From the IMG/VR virus record IMGVR_UViG_3300048575_000478, positions 1 through 49,210 of that record: a stretch of 49,210 nucleotides of DNA; one strand, 5' to 3'. The DNA is from a virus. Taxonomy: Duplodnaviria > Caudoviricetes. Under the pieces are notes generated by a model that worked only from the letters and a program-made list of their open reading frames with translations, was not told the DNA's origin and did no database searches. The translations under genes were made by a program, and so were the position numbers. Positions 37,545-46,753 of this stretch are shown in pieces. Positions within the stretch are counted from its first letter, which is position 1. Each line of letters opens with the position of its first letter.

Positions 37545-40500
37545 TCACCAAGCCGAACTTGTCAACATATCCAATGGCAAGTAAGCGGACGGCAACACAA
37601 ATCAAATCTGCCAAGCAAACAATGGCTTTGCTTGGCGATGATGTGGTTGATGTGAACGTTGAATCACCTTTTCCGCAAACGTATGGCATTGGCGATAAAA
37701 TCACGGTCTTTGGACGCGTGTACAAGTTGAACCAATTGCCAAAAGTCAAGAAAACGGGAATGCGTGAATTCTCTTATGACGTACAATTTGAGGGCGTGCA
37801 ATATGATTTATTGTGTGTAACCTATGATTTGACCATTGACACAACCACCAATGAATTGCAGGATGTGCAAGCCGATAGTTTGACGGGCGATTTGCGCCGG
37901 TTTGCAATGGTATTGATTACTAATGCGAACCGCGTATTTCCGGGCAAATGGGTATTGGGTACATGCCCGGACACCAAGACAATAACGTTGACATTCAGCG
38001 AAACGGACAATTGTTTGTCGGTTCTGCAAAATTTGTGTTCAGAAAGCAACTTCAATATTGAATTTGAGATTGCGCAAAATGCGGGTGTCAACACTGTGAA
38101 TTTCAAAAAGGTTGGGCAAATATTCCCATACACGTTTCAATTTGGCAGGGGCAAGGGTCTTTATTCACTTGACCGGCAAAACGTTTCTTCATCAAGTATT
38201 GTGACCCGTTTAAAGGTGTATGGTTCAACGGACAACATCACGTCCAAATATCGCGCACAAAGACTTTGTTTGCCCGGCAAGACCAAAGCACAATCCTACA
38301 TTGAAAAAGCGGATGCCGTGGCGAAATATGGCATTATTGAGGGCAAGAAATTCTTTGATGATATAAAACCAACATTCAATGGTTCTGTTACCGGCGTTTT
38401 TTCGGATTCAGTTTTGAAATTTGTTGATACCAAGATGTTTGATTTGAATACCCTTGAAGCCGATGGGGTAACAACCAAATATTTGATTGATGGAACAAAT
38501 GCCAAAGTACATTTCAACACCGGCAATCTTGCGGGTTATGAATTCGAGGTTCACGCATACGACCATGCAACGCATACATTCACCTTGGTAAAGCAGACAG
38601 ACGACCGGGGCGATGTGTTCCCGTCTGACAGTTCAATGGCTTTTCAGTTTGCCGCGGGCGATGAATACAAGTTGATTGATGTTGCATTGCCTGATACATA
38701 CGAGCAAGCCGCGGAATCTGAACTTGCCAATGATGGCAACACTTACTATGACCAAAACAGTCAACCCAAAGTACAATATGGTTTGAGTATCACCAAGTCT
38801 TTCTTGGAAAAGATGGTTGGTAATGGTTCAACTTTAAATATCTTTCAGCCGGGCGACTACATACCCGTTAAAGACACTGATATTGATGTTGACAAGTCGG
38901 TACGTATTCAATCATTGACACGTAATTTGCTTGATGAATACGATTATTCATTGACCATTTCCGACACGGTTTCAACTAACATCACCAACCGGGTGATTTC
39001 TGAACTTGTGGATATTGACAAGATTGTTCAGATGAATAACCTTAAAAATCCCGCGCGCGCCCGTGCAAATTGGCGTTCATCCCGTGAGGTTCTAAATATG
39101 GTGTTTGACCCTGATGGTGATTATTACACCGACAAAATCAAGCCTAATTCAATTGATACACTCGCATTGTCCGTTGGTGCAAAGTCCATGCAATTTGGTT
39201 TGACGAACACAATATTTCAACCAAATTTGAACGGAAATAAGAACCTTATTGACGTGCAAGGTGGTGTTTTGACACATTACACCATCAATGCAGATTCGGC
39301 GCGTTCTTGGGTCTTGGCTGATGGTGAAACAACCCTTGGTGCGGATTCACAAGCATATTACATATATGCAAAATGCCAACGTGTCGGAACGGCGGGTTTA
39401 ATTATCTTTTCAACATCCCAAATCAAAACCGAACAAGATGCAAACTTTTATCATTTTTGGATTGGTGTTTTAAATTCGGTCGATACTGAATTACAAGCCC
39501 GTTCCGTTGCTTTGTCTTATGGCTTCACAATGATAAACGGGCGTTTTATCAAGACCGGGCGGATTGAATCGGCAGACGGAACAACTTACTTTGATTTGGA
39601 TAATTCAGAAATTGGCGGTCGAATTGTATTCACGTCCAATGGTTCGGAAAAGACATTGGCGGAGTTGGGGCAAGAATCCCTTGAATCAAAGAATTATATC
39701 AATAATACTTTACCGGGGCTTCTTTCAGACATTCAAGCGCAATTGGATGGTCAAATTGAACAATTCTTTGACACATACGACCCGACAACATCGAATGCAC
39801 CGGCAAGTGGATGGACAACCACCGCTTTGAAAGAAGACCACTTGGGTGACTTGTTTTATAATACAACGTCCGGGGCTGTTTTCCGTTGGATTAAAAACGG
39901 AACGGTTTATTCATGGTCGGAATTGGCGGATGCGGAAGTTGCGCAAGCACTTGCATTGGCAAATGATGCACTTGCATTGGCACAAACAAAACGGCGAATT
40001 TTCACGGCTACACCATACACGCCGTATGAAGTCGGCGACTTATGGGTACAGGGAACGAACGGTGATATTATGAAGTGTAAAACGGCACGTGCAACCGGTT
40101 CTTATTCGACAGGTGATTGGGAAAAGGCAAGCAATTACACGAGTGATGCGGCATTGACAACATTTATCAATGGTACATATACAACCGCAATCAATAATAT
40201 GACCGCCCAAATTGATGGAAAGATAGAATCTTGGTTTCAAACATCCGACCCCGCGGCATCTTGGGCAACCGATACCGAAAAAGCAAAGCATGTTGGCGAT
40301 ATGTGGTACGATTCGGGTACAAAGTCACTCAAAAGATATTCAAGTTCATACGCTTGGGTAACAATTGAAGACCAAACCGCAATTGATGCTTACAATACAG
40401 CTTCAACGGCAAAAGACACCGCCGATGGCAAACGCCGGGTATTCGTTGTAACGCCTTATGCACCCTATGATGTAGGGGACTTATGGGTTGATGGAACGCA

Positions 40501-41476
40501 ATTACGCCGATGTGCAACCGCCAAGGCATCCGGGCAATCATACAATGTGAATGATTGGGTTACTTGTGTGGCATACGACAATACAAAAACCGTGATTGAC
40601 GGCGGTTTGGTTACATCCGGGACAATTCAGGTTGCCGGTTCTGAAAGTATCATATTGGCAGGTATGACAGGGCAAGGAACGGCGGCGGAATCAATCAGAT
40701 TTTGGGCGGGTGCATCATTTGAAAATCGTGCAACCGCACCGTTCCGGGTAATGCAAGACGGTTCGGTTGTAATGACAAAAGCCACGGTAGAGGGTATTAT
40801 AAATGCCCTTTCCGGCTCAATCGGCGGGTTCTCTTTGGCGCAAGGTCGAATTGGTAGTACAAACGACCTAAGTTCAACCGGTCTTTCTCTGACTGATAGC
40901 AATATTCGATTCCGTTTCAATAATGGTAAAGTTATGGCATCAATCGGTGATTTGAATTGGCTTGGTTATGGCAATGCGGCTGATTTTCGATTGAATGATG
41001 ATTATAATTACTTGATTGGTAGCGCATTATTTGCACAATGTCGTTCGGGTGATGGTTCAATGGATTATTGGTATCCACAACGCGCATTTGAGTATGACGG
41101 AAATGTTTATGGTACGGGCAAAATATGCAACTTTGAGGATGGATATATTGGACAAGCTTATACCGACATTATAACCGGTCGATTCCATACAACGCATAAA
41201 TTCCATTTTACGGCAAACACCACGTCTTATTTGGGTGTAAACCTACCAACCAAATCAATGGTTGATAGTCAAACGAATAATAAGGTTGTGATGTTTGATT
41301 TGGAAATTGTATGCGACCGTGGAATGGCAAACCGTCTTGCAATTAAATCGCAAACAGGTGCGCAAATATATAACAATGATGGCGGCACGGTTTCATATAT
41401 AGATATGGAGAAAGGCGATACATTGCGCTTGCGTTATTACAATGGTGGTTATCACATTTTATTCAAAACTTACTAA
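37529..41476 (+). CDS. Tail tip / hub protein with two internal repeats
   Basis: 1315 aa; IVTRLKVYGS, KYGIIEG hub-like N-terminus; duplicated GDL(F/W)Y...KRR(I/V)F..TPY.PY.VGDLWV module. Confidence 0.75.
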   Translation: MEQIIITKPNLSTYPMASKRTATQIKSAKQTMALLGDDVVDVNVESPFPQTYGIGDKITVFGRVYKLNQLPKVKKTGMREFSYDVQFEGVQYDLLCVTYDLTIDTTTNELQDVQADSLTGDLRRFAMVLITNANRVFPGKWVLGTCPDTKTITLTFSETDNCLSVLQNLCSESNFNIEFEIAQNAGVNTVNFKKVGQIFPYTFQFGRGKGLYSLDRQNVSSSSIVTRLKVYGSTDNITSKYRAQRLCLPGKTKAQSYIEKADAVAKYGIIEGKKFFDDIKPTFNGSVTGVFSDSVLKFVDTKMFDLNTLEADGVTTKYLIDGTNAKVHFNTGNLAGYEFEVHAYDHATHTFTLVKQTDDRGDVFPSDSSMAFQFAAGDEYKLIDVALPDTYEQAAESELANDGNTYYDQNSQPKVQYGLSITKSFLEKMVGNGSTLNIFQPGDYIPVKDTDIDVDKSVRIQSLTRNLLDEYDYSLTISDTVSTNITNRVISELVDIDKIVQMNNLKNPARARANWRSSREVLNMVFDPDGDYYTDKIKPNSIDTLALSVGAKSMQFGLTNTIFQPNLNGNKNLIDVQGGVLTHYTINADSARSWVLADGETTLGADSQAYYIYAKCQRVGTAGLIIFSTSQIKTEQDANFYHFWIGVLNSVDTELQARSVALSYGFTMINGRFIKTGRIESADGTTYFDLDNSEIGGRIVFTSNGSEKTLAELGQESLESKNYINNTLPGLLSDIQAQLDGQIEQFFDTYDPTTSNAPASGWTTTALKEDHLGDLFYNTTSGAVFRWIKNGTVYSWSELADAEVAQALALANDALALAQTKRRIFTATPYTPYEVGDLWVQGTNGDIMKCKTARATGSYSTGDWEKASNYTSDAALTTFINGTYTTAINNMTAQIDGKIESWFQTSDPAASWATDTEKAKHVGDMWYDSGTKSLKRYSSSYAWVTIEDQTAIDAYNTASTAKDTADGKRRVFVVTPYAPYDVGDLWVDGTQLRRCATAKASGQSYNVNDWVTCVAYDNTKTVIDGGLVTSGTIQVAGSESIILAGMTGQGTAAESIRFWAGASFENRATAPFRVMQDGSVVMTKATVEGIINALSGSIGGFSLAQGRIGSTNDLSSTGLSLTDSNIRFRFNNGKVMASIGDLNWLGYGNAADFRLNDDYNYLIGSALFAQCRSGDGSMDYWYPQRAFEYDGNVYGTGKICNFEDGYIGQAYTDIITGRFHTTHKFHFTANTTSYLGVNLPTKSMVDSQTNNKVVMFDLEIVCDRGMANRLAIKSQTGAQIYNNDGGTVSYIDMEKGDTLRLRYYNGGYHILFKTY

Positions 41477-41477
41477 T

Positions 41478-41702
41478 ATGGTACTTGCAAAAATTGAAAA
41501 AGATGGACTTCTTGATATGAGGCATTGCCTTGTTCAAGAGGGCGCGAAAATAACAGAATTGAGAAACGCCGGGTTTCTTGATTTCGTTGAAGCGGAACAA
41601 CCAAAATGCGACACCGGGTTTGTTGCAGTTGAATCGCTTAATATGGTGAATGGAAAGTTGGTGCAATCTTGGAAAATCGAGGTTGACACATCAAATGCCT
41701 AA
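41478..41702 (+). CDS. Small hypothetical tail-associated protein
   Basis: MVLAKIEKDG...KLVQSWKIE. Confidence 0.6.
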   Translation: MVLAKIEKDGLLDMRHCLVQEGAKITELRNAGFLDFVEAEQPKCDTGFVAVESLNMVNGKLVQSWKIEVDTSNA

Positions 41703-41810
41703 AAAATTGGACATGCTTTTATATGTCATTGTTATACATCACGTTGCGTGTATAATGTAACCATTGAAATATGATTTTGACTTTAAAAGTTATGTCCAAG
41801 TTATTCAATC

Positions 41811-41844
41811 GTGTATTACTATAATACATTTAACAGTAAATTTG
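41811..41844 (+). promoter_or_regulatory. Motif copy (41811-41828) plus -7 element TAAATTTG (41837-41844) upstream of the DGR cassette
   Basis: In a 163-bp intergenic gap. Confidence 0.65.
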
Positions 41845-41865
41845 CAAACAAAAAATTGATTCATT

Positions 41866-42141
41866 ATGAGTGAAACAAGGTCGGGCGAAATGGTTTCAGC
41901 CCAAATAGGAAAGATGGGAGTTATTACCAATTTGACAAATGCAAATTTTGCACTTGCGGATGGTCAATGCTTCAACGTCAAGAATGACGGTTTGCAACCC
42001 GTTAAATTGCAAATACAATTGGCGGGCATGGCAGATGGGGAGTTTATCGAAACCACTTTTGAAGTGGGTTGGAATCCCGAAATTGTAAAGGCAGTGAAAC
42101 AAACATCATTGTCAAGTATAAACTTAAAATGGGGGTACTAA
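41866..42141 (+). CDS. Hypothetical protein upstream of the DGR target
   Basis: 91 aa; GWNPEIVK...LKWGY. Confidence 0.7.
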   Translation: MSETRSGEMVSAQIGKMGVITNLTNANFALADGQCFNVKNDGLQPVKLQIQLAGMADGEFIETTFEVGWNPEIVKAVKQTSLSSINLKWGY

Positions 42142-42142
42142 T

Positions 42143-43591
42143 ATGGGACTTTTAGTTGGAGTTGGGACAACGCGCCCAACGTATGCTTATGATTATTACT
42201 ATGGCATTGAATGGGATACAACCGTTTCAAATCCAAAACCAACACGCGTTGGTAAGAATGAGTTGCACCAATCTTTGCCCCTGCAATCATTGATGCGCCG
42301 TTGTGTGCAAAAAGATGATGGTTCAGTGAACTATTACTTGAATGCTAACAATTCGGCGTTGCGTGACAATTCAGCGGCGGCAACGCTTAATGGTTCAGAC
42401 GGTCAAGTAACGGTTGAATTACCCGACATGTACGTTCGTTTTGAAATGGACGGTGTAAAACGCCGCGCCTTGATGTCAACGGAAGAATTGCCGGGCTTTA
42501 TCAAATGGTCTAAAGACTATGTTTCAGCCTACGAAGCAACCGTTGAACGTGCAACAAACAAATTGGCATCGGTCGTTAATACAACGGCGGCTTATCGCGG
42601 TGGTGGCAATCAAACGGCTTGGGATGCTTTGAGCAAAACAGTATTGGGGCGACCCGTAACAGATACAAGTTTGACAACCTTTCGCACGTATGCGCGAAAC
42701 CGTGGTTCTATAAATTGGAATTGCAACACATATCAGATTCAACGCAAGTTGTTTTGGCTATTTGCCGTTGAGTACGCAAATTTCAATTCACAAGATGCCT
42801 ACAATGCAGCGTTGACAGTAGAGGGGTACAAACAAGGTGGTTTAAGTGATGGTGTCACAACCCTTGATGGTACGAAGTGGAATAACTTTAATGGGTATTA
42901 TCCTTTCGTCCCATGTGGTTACACAAACAGCTTGGGCAACAAGACCGGTGTTGTTTCTTTCACCATGCCATTTGAATATGATTCAAACGGTTCAGTCAAT
43001 TACATTGGTGAATATAATGCCGCCACGGCTTATGTTGCCGGCAATTACGTTTCATCGGGAACATCCTTATATGTGTGCATCTTGGCAAGTACAGGAAACG
43101 CCGTTACCAATACAACGTATTTCACACCGGTAACAAGAAAAACGGTCAATGTACCATCTTATCGTGGCATTGAAAACCCCTTTGGGCATGTATGGAAATG
43201 GACGGATGGTTGCAAGTGTATGATTCAATCAGACACAAGCGGTGGAATATCCGAATTCTATGTGTGCGACACACCGGCAAACTTCACAAGTTCCGGCACT
43301 ACCAATTACCAATTGCGTGGCAACTTGCCGCGTGTAGAGGGCTATGTAAAAGAAGTTATTCTTGGTGAATATGGTGAGATTATGCCATTATCGGTTGGTG
43401 GTGGCTCAACCACATATTTCTGTGATTACTTCTATACATCCAAACCCGCAAGTGGTGTAGATGAAAGGGGCGCTTTGTTCGGCGGTACTGCGTATGCTGG
43501 TGCGTCTGCGGGGTTCGTGTATGCGGGTACGAATAATACGGCTTCGGCTGCGTATGCGTTTATCGGTACTCGGCTTTGCTTTATTCCGTAA
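42143..43591 (+). CDS. DGR target protein 1, putative receptor-binding/tail protein with C-terminal CLec-like fold
   Basis: YRGIENPFGHVWKWTDG motif and terminal G.RLCF; VR1 at the 3' end; tail-module location. Confidence 0.88.
   Translation: MGLLVGVGTTRPTYAYDYYYGIEWDTTVSNPKPTRVGKNELHQSLPLQSLMRRCVQKDDGSVNYYLNANNSALRDNSAAATLNGSDGQVTVELPDMYVRFEMDGVKRRALMSTEELPGFIKWSKDYVSAYEATVERATNKLASVVNTTAAYRGGGNQTAWDALSKTVLGRPVTDTSLTTFRTYARNRGSINWNCNTYQIQRKLFWLFAVEYANFNSQDAYNAALTVEGYKQGGLSDGVTTLDGTKWNNFNGYYPFVPCGYTNSLGNKTGVVSFTMPFEYDSNGSVNYIGEYNAATAYVAGNYVSSGTSLYVCILASTGNAVTNTTYFTPVTRKTVNVPSYRGIENPFGHVWKWTDGCKCMIQSDTSGGISEFYVCDTPANFTSSGTTNYQLRGNLPRVEGYVKEVILGEYGEIMPLSVGGGSTTYFCDYFYTSKPASGVDERGALFGGTAYAGASAGFVYAGTNNTASAAYAFIGTRLCFIP
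43466..43582 (+). repeat. DGR variable repeat VR1
   Basis: Ungapped match to TR; 18 mismatches at TR adenines and 2 internal non-A mismatches (GTT>GCT, TCT>ACT). Confidence 0.95.
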
Positions 43592-43651
43592 ATCGAAGCG
43601 CGACAAAATAGAGGGTCTAATTTGAAGTGAAATAAAAAGGTTGTCCGATGT

Positions 43652-43771
43652 CGGGGCGTTTTGTTCAGCGGTAATGCGAATAATGGTGCGAATGCAGGGT
43701 TCGTGTATGCGAATACGAATAATACGGCTTCGAATGCGAATGCGAATATCGGTTCTCAGCTATGCTTATAA
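43652..43771 (+). repeat. DGR template repeat (TR), with IMH* at its 3' end
   Basis: Intergenic, contains 10 AAT triplets in the VR frame, sits between target and RT, and matches three VRs. Confidence 0.95.
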
Positions 43772-43913
43772 AAAATAGTTGCATATCGGAGACCTTGCCA
43801 CAAAAACAGGGCGTTAGTGCCTTGAATGACTTGGGAAACCAAGGGCAAAAAACAGATTTTATAAAACGGTTTTGGTAGGGGTAACCCGAAGAATCCAAAT
43901 ATATAAGCAAACA
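43772..43913 (+). ncRNA. Putative DGR spacer RNA region between TR and RT
   Basis: Non-coding gap with potential pairings (TTGCC..GGCAA, CTTGG-GAAA-CCAAG); position equivalent to the priming spacer of characterised DGRs. Confidence 0.5.
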
Positions 43914-44945
43914 ATGAAAAGAATTGGAAATTTATTTGATACAATCATAAGTCTTGAAAACTTGCAACTTGCGGATGAAAAAGCCCGCAAAGGCAAGGTT
44001 CATTCGTATGGTGTACAACTACATGACAAGAACCGTGAAGCCAATTTGCTTTCATTACATGAGAGTTTGAAGAATCAAACTTTCAAGACTTCAAATTACC
44101 ACATATTCACAATTTTTGAACCAAAAGAAAGGCAAATTTTCCGATTGCCATACTTTCCCGACCGCATTACTCACCATGCGATAATGAATGTACTTGAACC
44201 CATTTGGGTTTCCCTTTTCACAAATGATACTTATTCATGTATCAAGAACCGTGGAATCCATGCGGCGGCAAAAGACGTTATGTTTACGCTTAAAAATGAT
44301 GTGTCCGGGACAAGATATTGTTTGAAAATTGATGTTCGCAAGTTTTACCCGTCCATTGACCATGAAATTCTAAAGCAGGTTATTAGACGGCGTATTAAAG
44401 ATAAACGTTTGCTTTGGCTTCTTGATGAAATCATTGATTCAGTACCAAGCGGCGTTCCAATAGGCAATTATCTTTCACAATACTTTGCCAATGTATACTT
44501 GGCTTATTTCGACCATTGGTTGAAAGAAGAAAAAGGGGTCAAATACTATTGGCGATATGCGGATGATATTGTTGTTCTTTCACCTAATAAAGAGACGTTG
44601 CACGAATTATTACATGACATTCGGGCATACATGCGTGACAACCTAAAATTGAAAGTCAAACGCAATTATCAGGTGTTCCCGGTCGATGCAAGGGGTATCG
44701 ACTTTTTGGGATATGTATTTTATCATTCCCACACTCTATTGCGCAAGTCTATCAAACAACGACTTTTCCGCCGGGTGGCAAAGTTGAGAAAAAGAAAGAC
44801 CGTGCCAACAAAGGAGCAATACAAGCAGCAAATATGTTCTTGGTGGGGGTGGTGCAAATACTGTGATTCAATCAATTTAATGTCTAAAATTCAAAAAACA
44901 ATTCCGTATGAAATTAAATTCACTCGCGCCAAACGCAAGGTATGA
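43914..44945 (+). CDS. DGR reverse transcriptase
   Basis: DRITHHAI, LKIDVRKFYPSIDH, GVPIGNYLSQ (DGR-type GxxxSQ), RYADD, GIDFLGY; ~343 aa without a maturase/endonuclease domain. Confidence 0.95.
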   Translation: MKRIGNLFDTIISLENLQLADEKARKGKVHSYGVQLHDKNREANLLSLHESLKNQTFKTSNYHIFTIFEPKERQIFRLPYFPDRITHHAIMNVLEPIWVSLFTNDTYSCIKNRGIHAAAKDVMFTLKNDVSGTRYCLKIDVRKFYPSIDHEILKQVIRRRIKDKRLLWLLDEIIDSVPSGVPIGNYLSQYFANVYLAYFDHWLKEEKGVKYYWRYADDIVVLSPNKETLHELLHDIRAYMRDNLKLKVKRNYQVFPVDARGIDFLGYVFYHSHTLLRKSIKQRLFRRVAKLRKRKTVPTKEQYKQQICSWWGWCKYCDSINLMSKIQKTIPYEIKFTRAKRKV

Positions 44946-45303
44946 CCTTGAACACGGCAAACCATCGGTCTTTGAGCAAGACAATGATGGTTCAAATTTA
45001 TACCGGTACAACATTGAACCTGAAATGGGTATTCCTGACGGTCAAACCGAAGAAATCCAAGTGGGTTGGCAATGTCGTGAAATCCGTATTTGGAACAAGC
45101 CGACAAAGGCTAATCTAAAGAAATCCATTATCCGTTCAATCGTGGATGAATCCGCCGAATTTGATATTGTGAACTCGTACAACAAACATGTTCTTGGTAT
45201 CAAATTGGATACAACCGCCGTGGATAACTACAAAGAATATTTGCAGTTTACCGAGGATTTGGATGCAATGTTAGTTTCTGATTTTTCAACTCTAAATGAA
45301 TAA
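44908..45303 (+). CDS. Hypothetical protein
   Basis: 131 aa overlapping the RT 3' end. Confidence 0.7.
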   Translation: MKLNSLAPNARYDLEHGKPSVFEQDNDGSNLYRYNIEPEMGIPDGQTEEIQVGWQCREIRIWNKPTKANLKKSIIRSIVDESAEFDIVNSYNKHVLGIKLDTTAVDNYKEYLQFTEDLDAMLVSDFSTLNE

Positions 45304-45310
45304 ATAGGCA

Positions 45311-45712
45311 ATGGCAAAGTTTAGTGAACTTGGCGTGGAATCGGACGTTGTGGTTGGCAAGTCTATTGATATGGATGAATTGTTTGGTCGTCGCGTTCTT
45401 ATCGAAAAAACGATTATTCAGCCAACAAAATTTCCGGGTAAAAACTCGTCCGGGCTACGTATGCAAATGCAAGTGGTACTTGCTACTTTTTTAGAAGATG
45501 GTTCTTATGTGAAGCGTGCCGACGGCACACCGGATGGTGAACGCCGTTCTTGTTTCACGGGTTCGGACATATTGATTGGAGCGATACAAAGAGCCGAAAC
45601 CAATATTCCAATCATTAATAAGCAGCGACAAGAAAAGGGGCTTGAAGCATTGTGTTTGTATCCAATGGACACTACAATTGTCAAAGTTGGAAAATGTTTT
45701 CAATTCACTTAA
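45311..45712 (+). CDS. Hypothetical protein
   Basis: MAKFSELGV...FTGSDIL...PMDTTIVK...FQFT. Confidence 0.7.
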   Translation: MAKFSELGVESDVVVGKSIDMDELFGRRVLIEKTIIQPTKFPGKNSSGLRMQMQVVLATFLEDGSYVKRADGTPDGERRSCFTGSDILIGAIQRAETNIPIINKQRQEKGLEALCLYPMDTTIVKVGKCFQFT

Positions 45713-45722
45713 AAGTACAAAA

Positions 45723-46187
45723 ATGGAAAAAATAATTGTAACACTTTGGATATTATTCGGCATTTACATGTTGGTCTTATTTGCAATTCTTGCAGATTTA
45801 TGGTCAGGGGTTCGTAAAGCAAAGAAAAATGGCATTGCCCGGTCAAGCTATGGATTTAAACGAACCATTGATAAAATTGCAAGATACTATAATGTATTAC
45901 TTGCGCTCACTGTTGTTGATGCTATGCAAATGGCTTCAATATGGTATTTGGAAACCTATTATCAATATCATTTCCCGATGTTCCCATTTATAACCCTTTT
46001 AGGGGCTATTGGAATAGGATTGATTGAAATAAAATCCATATACGAAAAAGCAGAGGACAAAGTAAGAATTGATAATATCGCCGCATTAGCTGGTCAAGTT
46101 GTAGCGCATAAGGACAACTTGGATGCAATCGCAAAGGCGGTTAGTGAGTATATGAACAAAAAAGAAACAGAAGATGGCAAAGGTTGA
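45723..46187 (+). CDS. Holin
   Basis: Three hydrophobic segments; [31 protein letters not shown]; upstream of the endolysin. Confidence 0.8.
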   Translation: MEKIIVTLWILFGIYMLVLFAILADLWSGVRKAKKNGIARSSYGFKRTIDKIARYYNVLLALTVVDAMQMASIWYLETYYQYHFPMFPFITLLGAIGIGLIEIKSIYEKAEDKVRIDNIAALAGQVVAHKDNLDAIAKAVSEYMNKKETEDGKG

Positions 46188-46752
46188 AATATTATTGCCC
46201 TATATCTTGCGTTGGGAGGGTGGTTTTGTGAACGACCCCGCCGATGCAGGGGGCGCAACAAATAAAGGCGTGACAATATCCACTTGGAAACAATGCGGGT
46301 ATGACAAAGACGGTGATGGTGACATTGACGTTAACGACTTGAAGTTGATAAACAATGAAGATGTAAAGAACCGTATCTTGAAACCATTCTATTGGGACAG
46401 GTGGCAAGCTGATGGCATACAAAACCAAAAGATTGCGAATATCCTTGTTGATTGGGTTTGGGGGTCGGGAAAACATGGCATTGTTATTCCTCAAAGAATA
46501 CTTGGTGTGCAATCCGATGGTGTTGTTGGTAATAAAACATTGTCAGCGGTCAATTTTGCAGACCCCGACCAATTGTTTGCGGCGATATATAAAGCGCGTG
46601 TCGCTTTTCTAAATGAAATCACCCAAACAAGCATTGCGAATTATGAAAAGAAAATTGGGCGCAAAGCCACCGAAAAAGAGTTGCTTAAAAACACCAACAA
46701 GCGATTCTTGAAAGGATGGTTGAACCGCCTTGAATCAATCAAAACTTTGTGA
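46174..46752 (+). CDS. Endolysin (GH108 with peptidoglycan-binding domain)
   Basis: [20 protein letters not shown] and [10 protein letters not shown]. Confidence 0.92.
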   Translation: MAKVEILLPYILRWEGGFVNDPADAGGATNKGVTISTWKQCGYDKDGDGDIDVNDLKLINNEDVKNRILKPFYWDRWQADGIQNQKIANILVDWVWGSGKHGIVIPQRILGVQSDGVVGNKTLSAVNFADPDQLFAAIYKARVAFLNEITQTSIANYEKKIGRKATEKELLKNTNKRFLKGWLNRLESIKTL

Positions 46753-46753
46753 T

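Noticed and set aside
43670-43750. GCGAAT/AAT periodicity as a microsatellite or CRISPR array
   Set aside because: It is the AAT-rich codon structure of the TR; there is no repeat-spacer alternation and no cas gene
43665-43944. Minus-strand ORFs 43665-43910 and 43756-43944
   Set aside because: Antisense shadows of the TR and spacer with low-complexity translations
43914-44945. RT as a group II intron, retron or Abi-type RT
   Set aside because: It is short, lacks a maturase/endonuclease domain, has the IGNYLSQ signature and sits beside a TR/VR pair with A-specific mismatches, which fits a DGR
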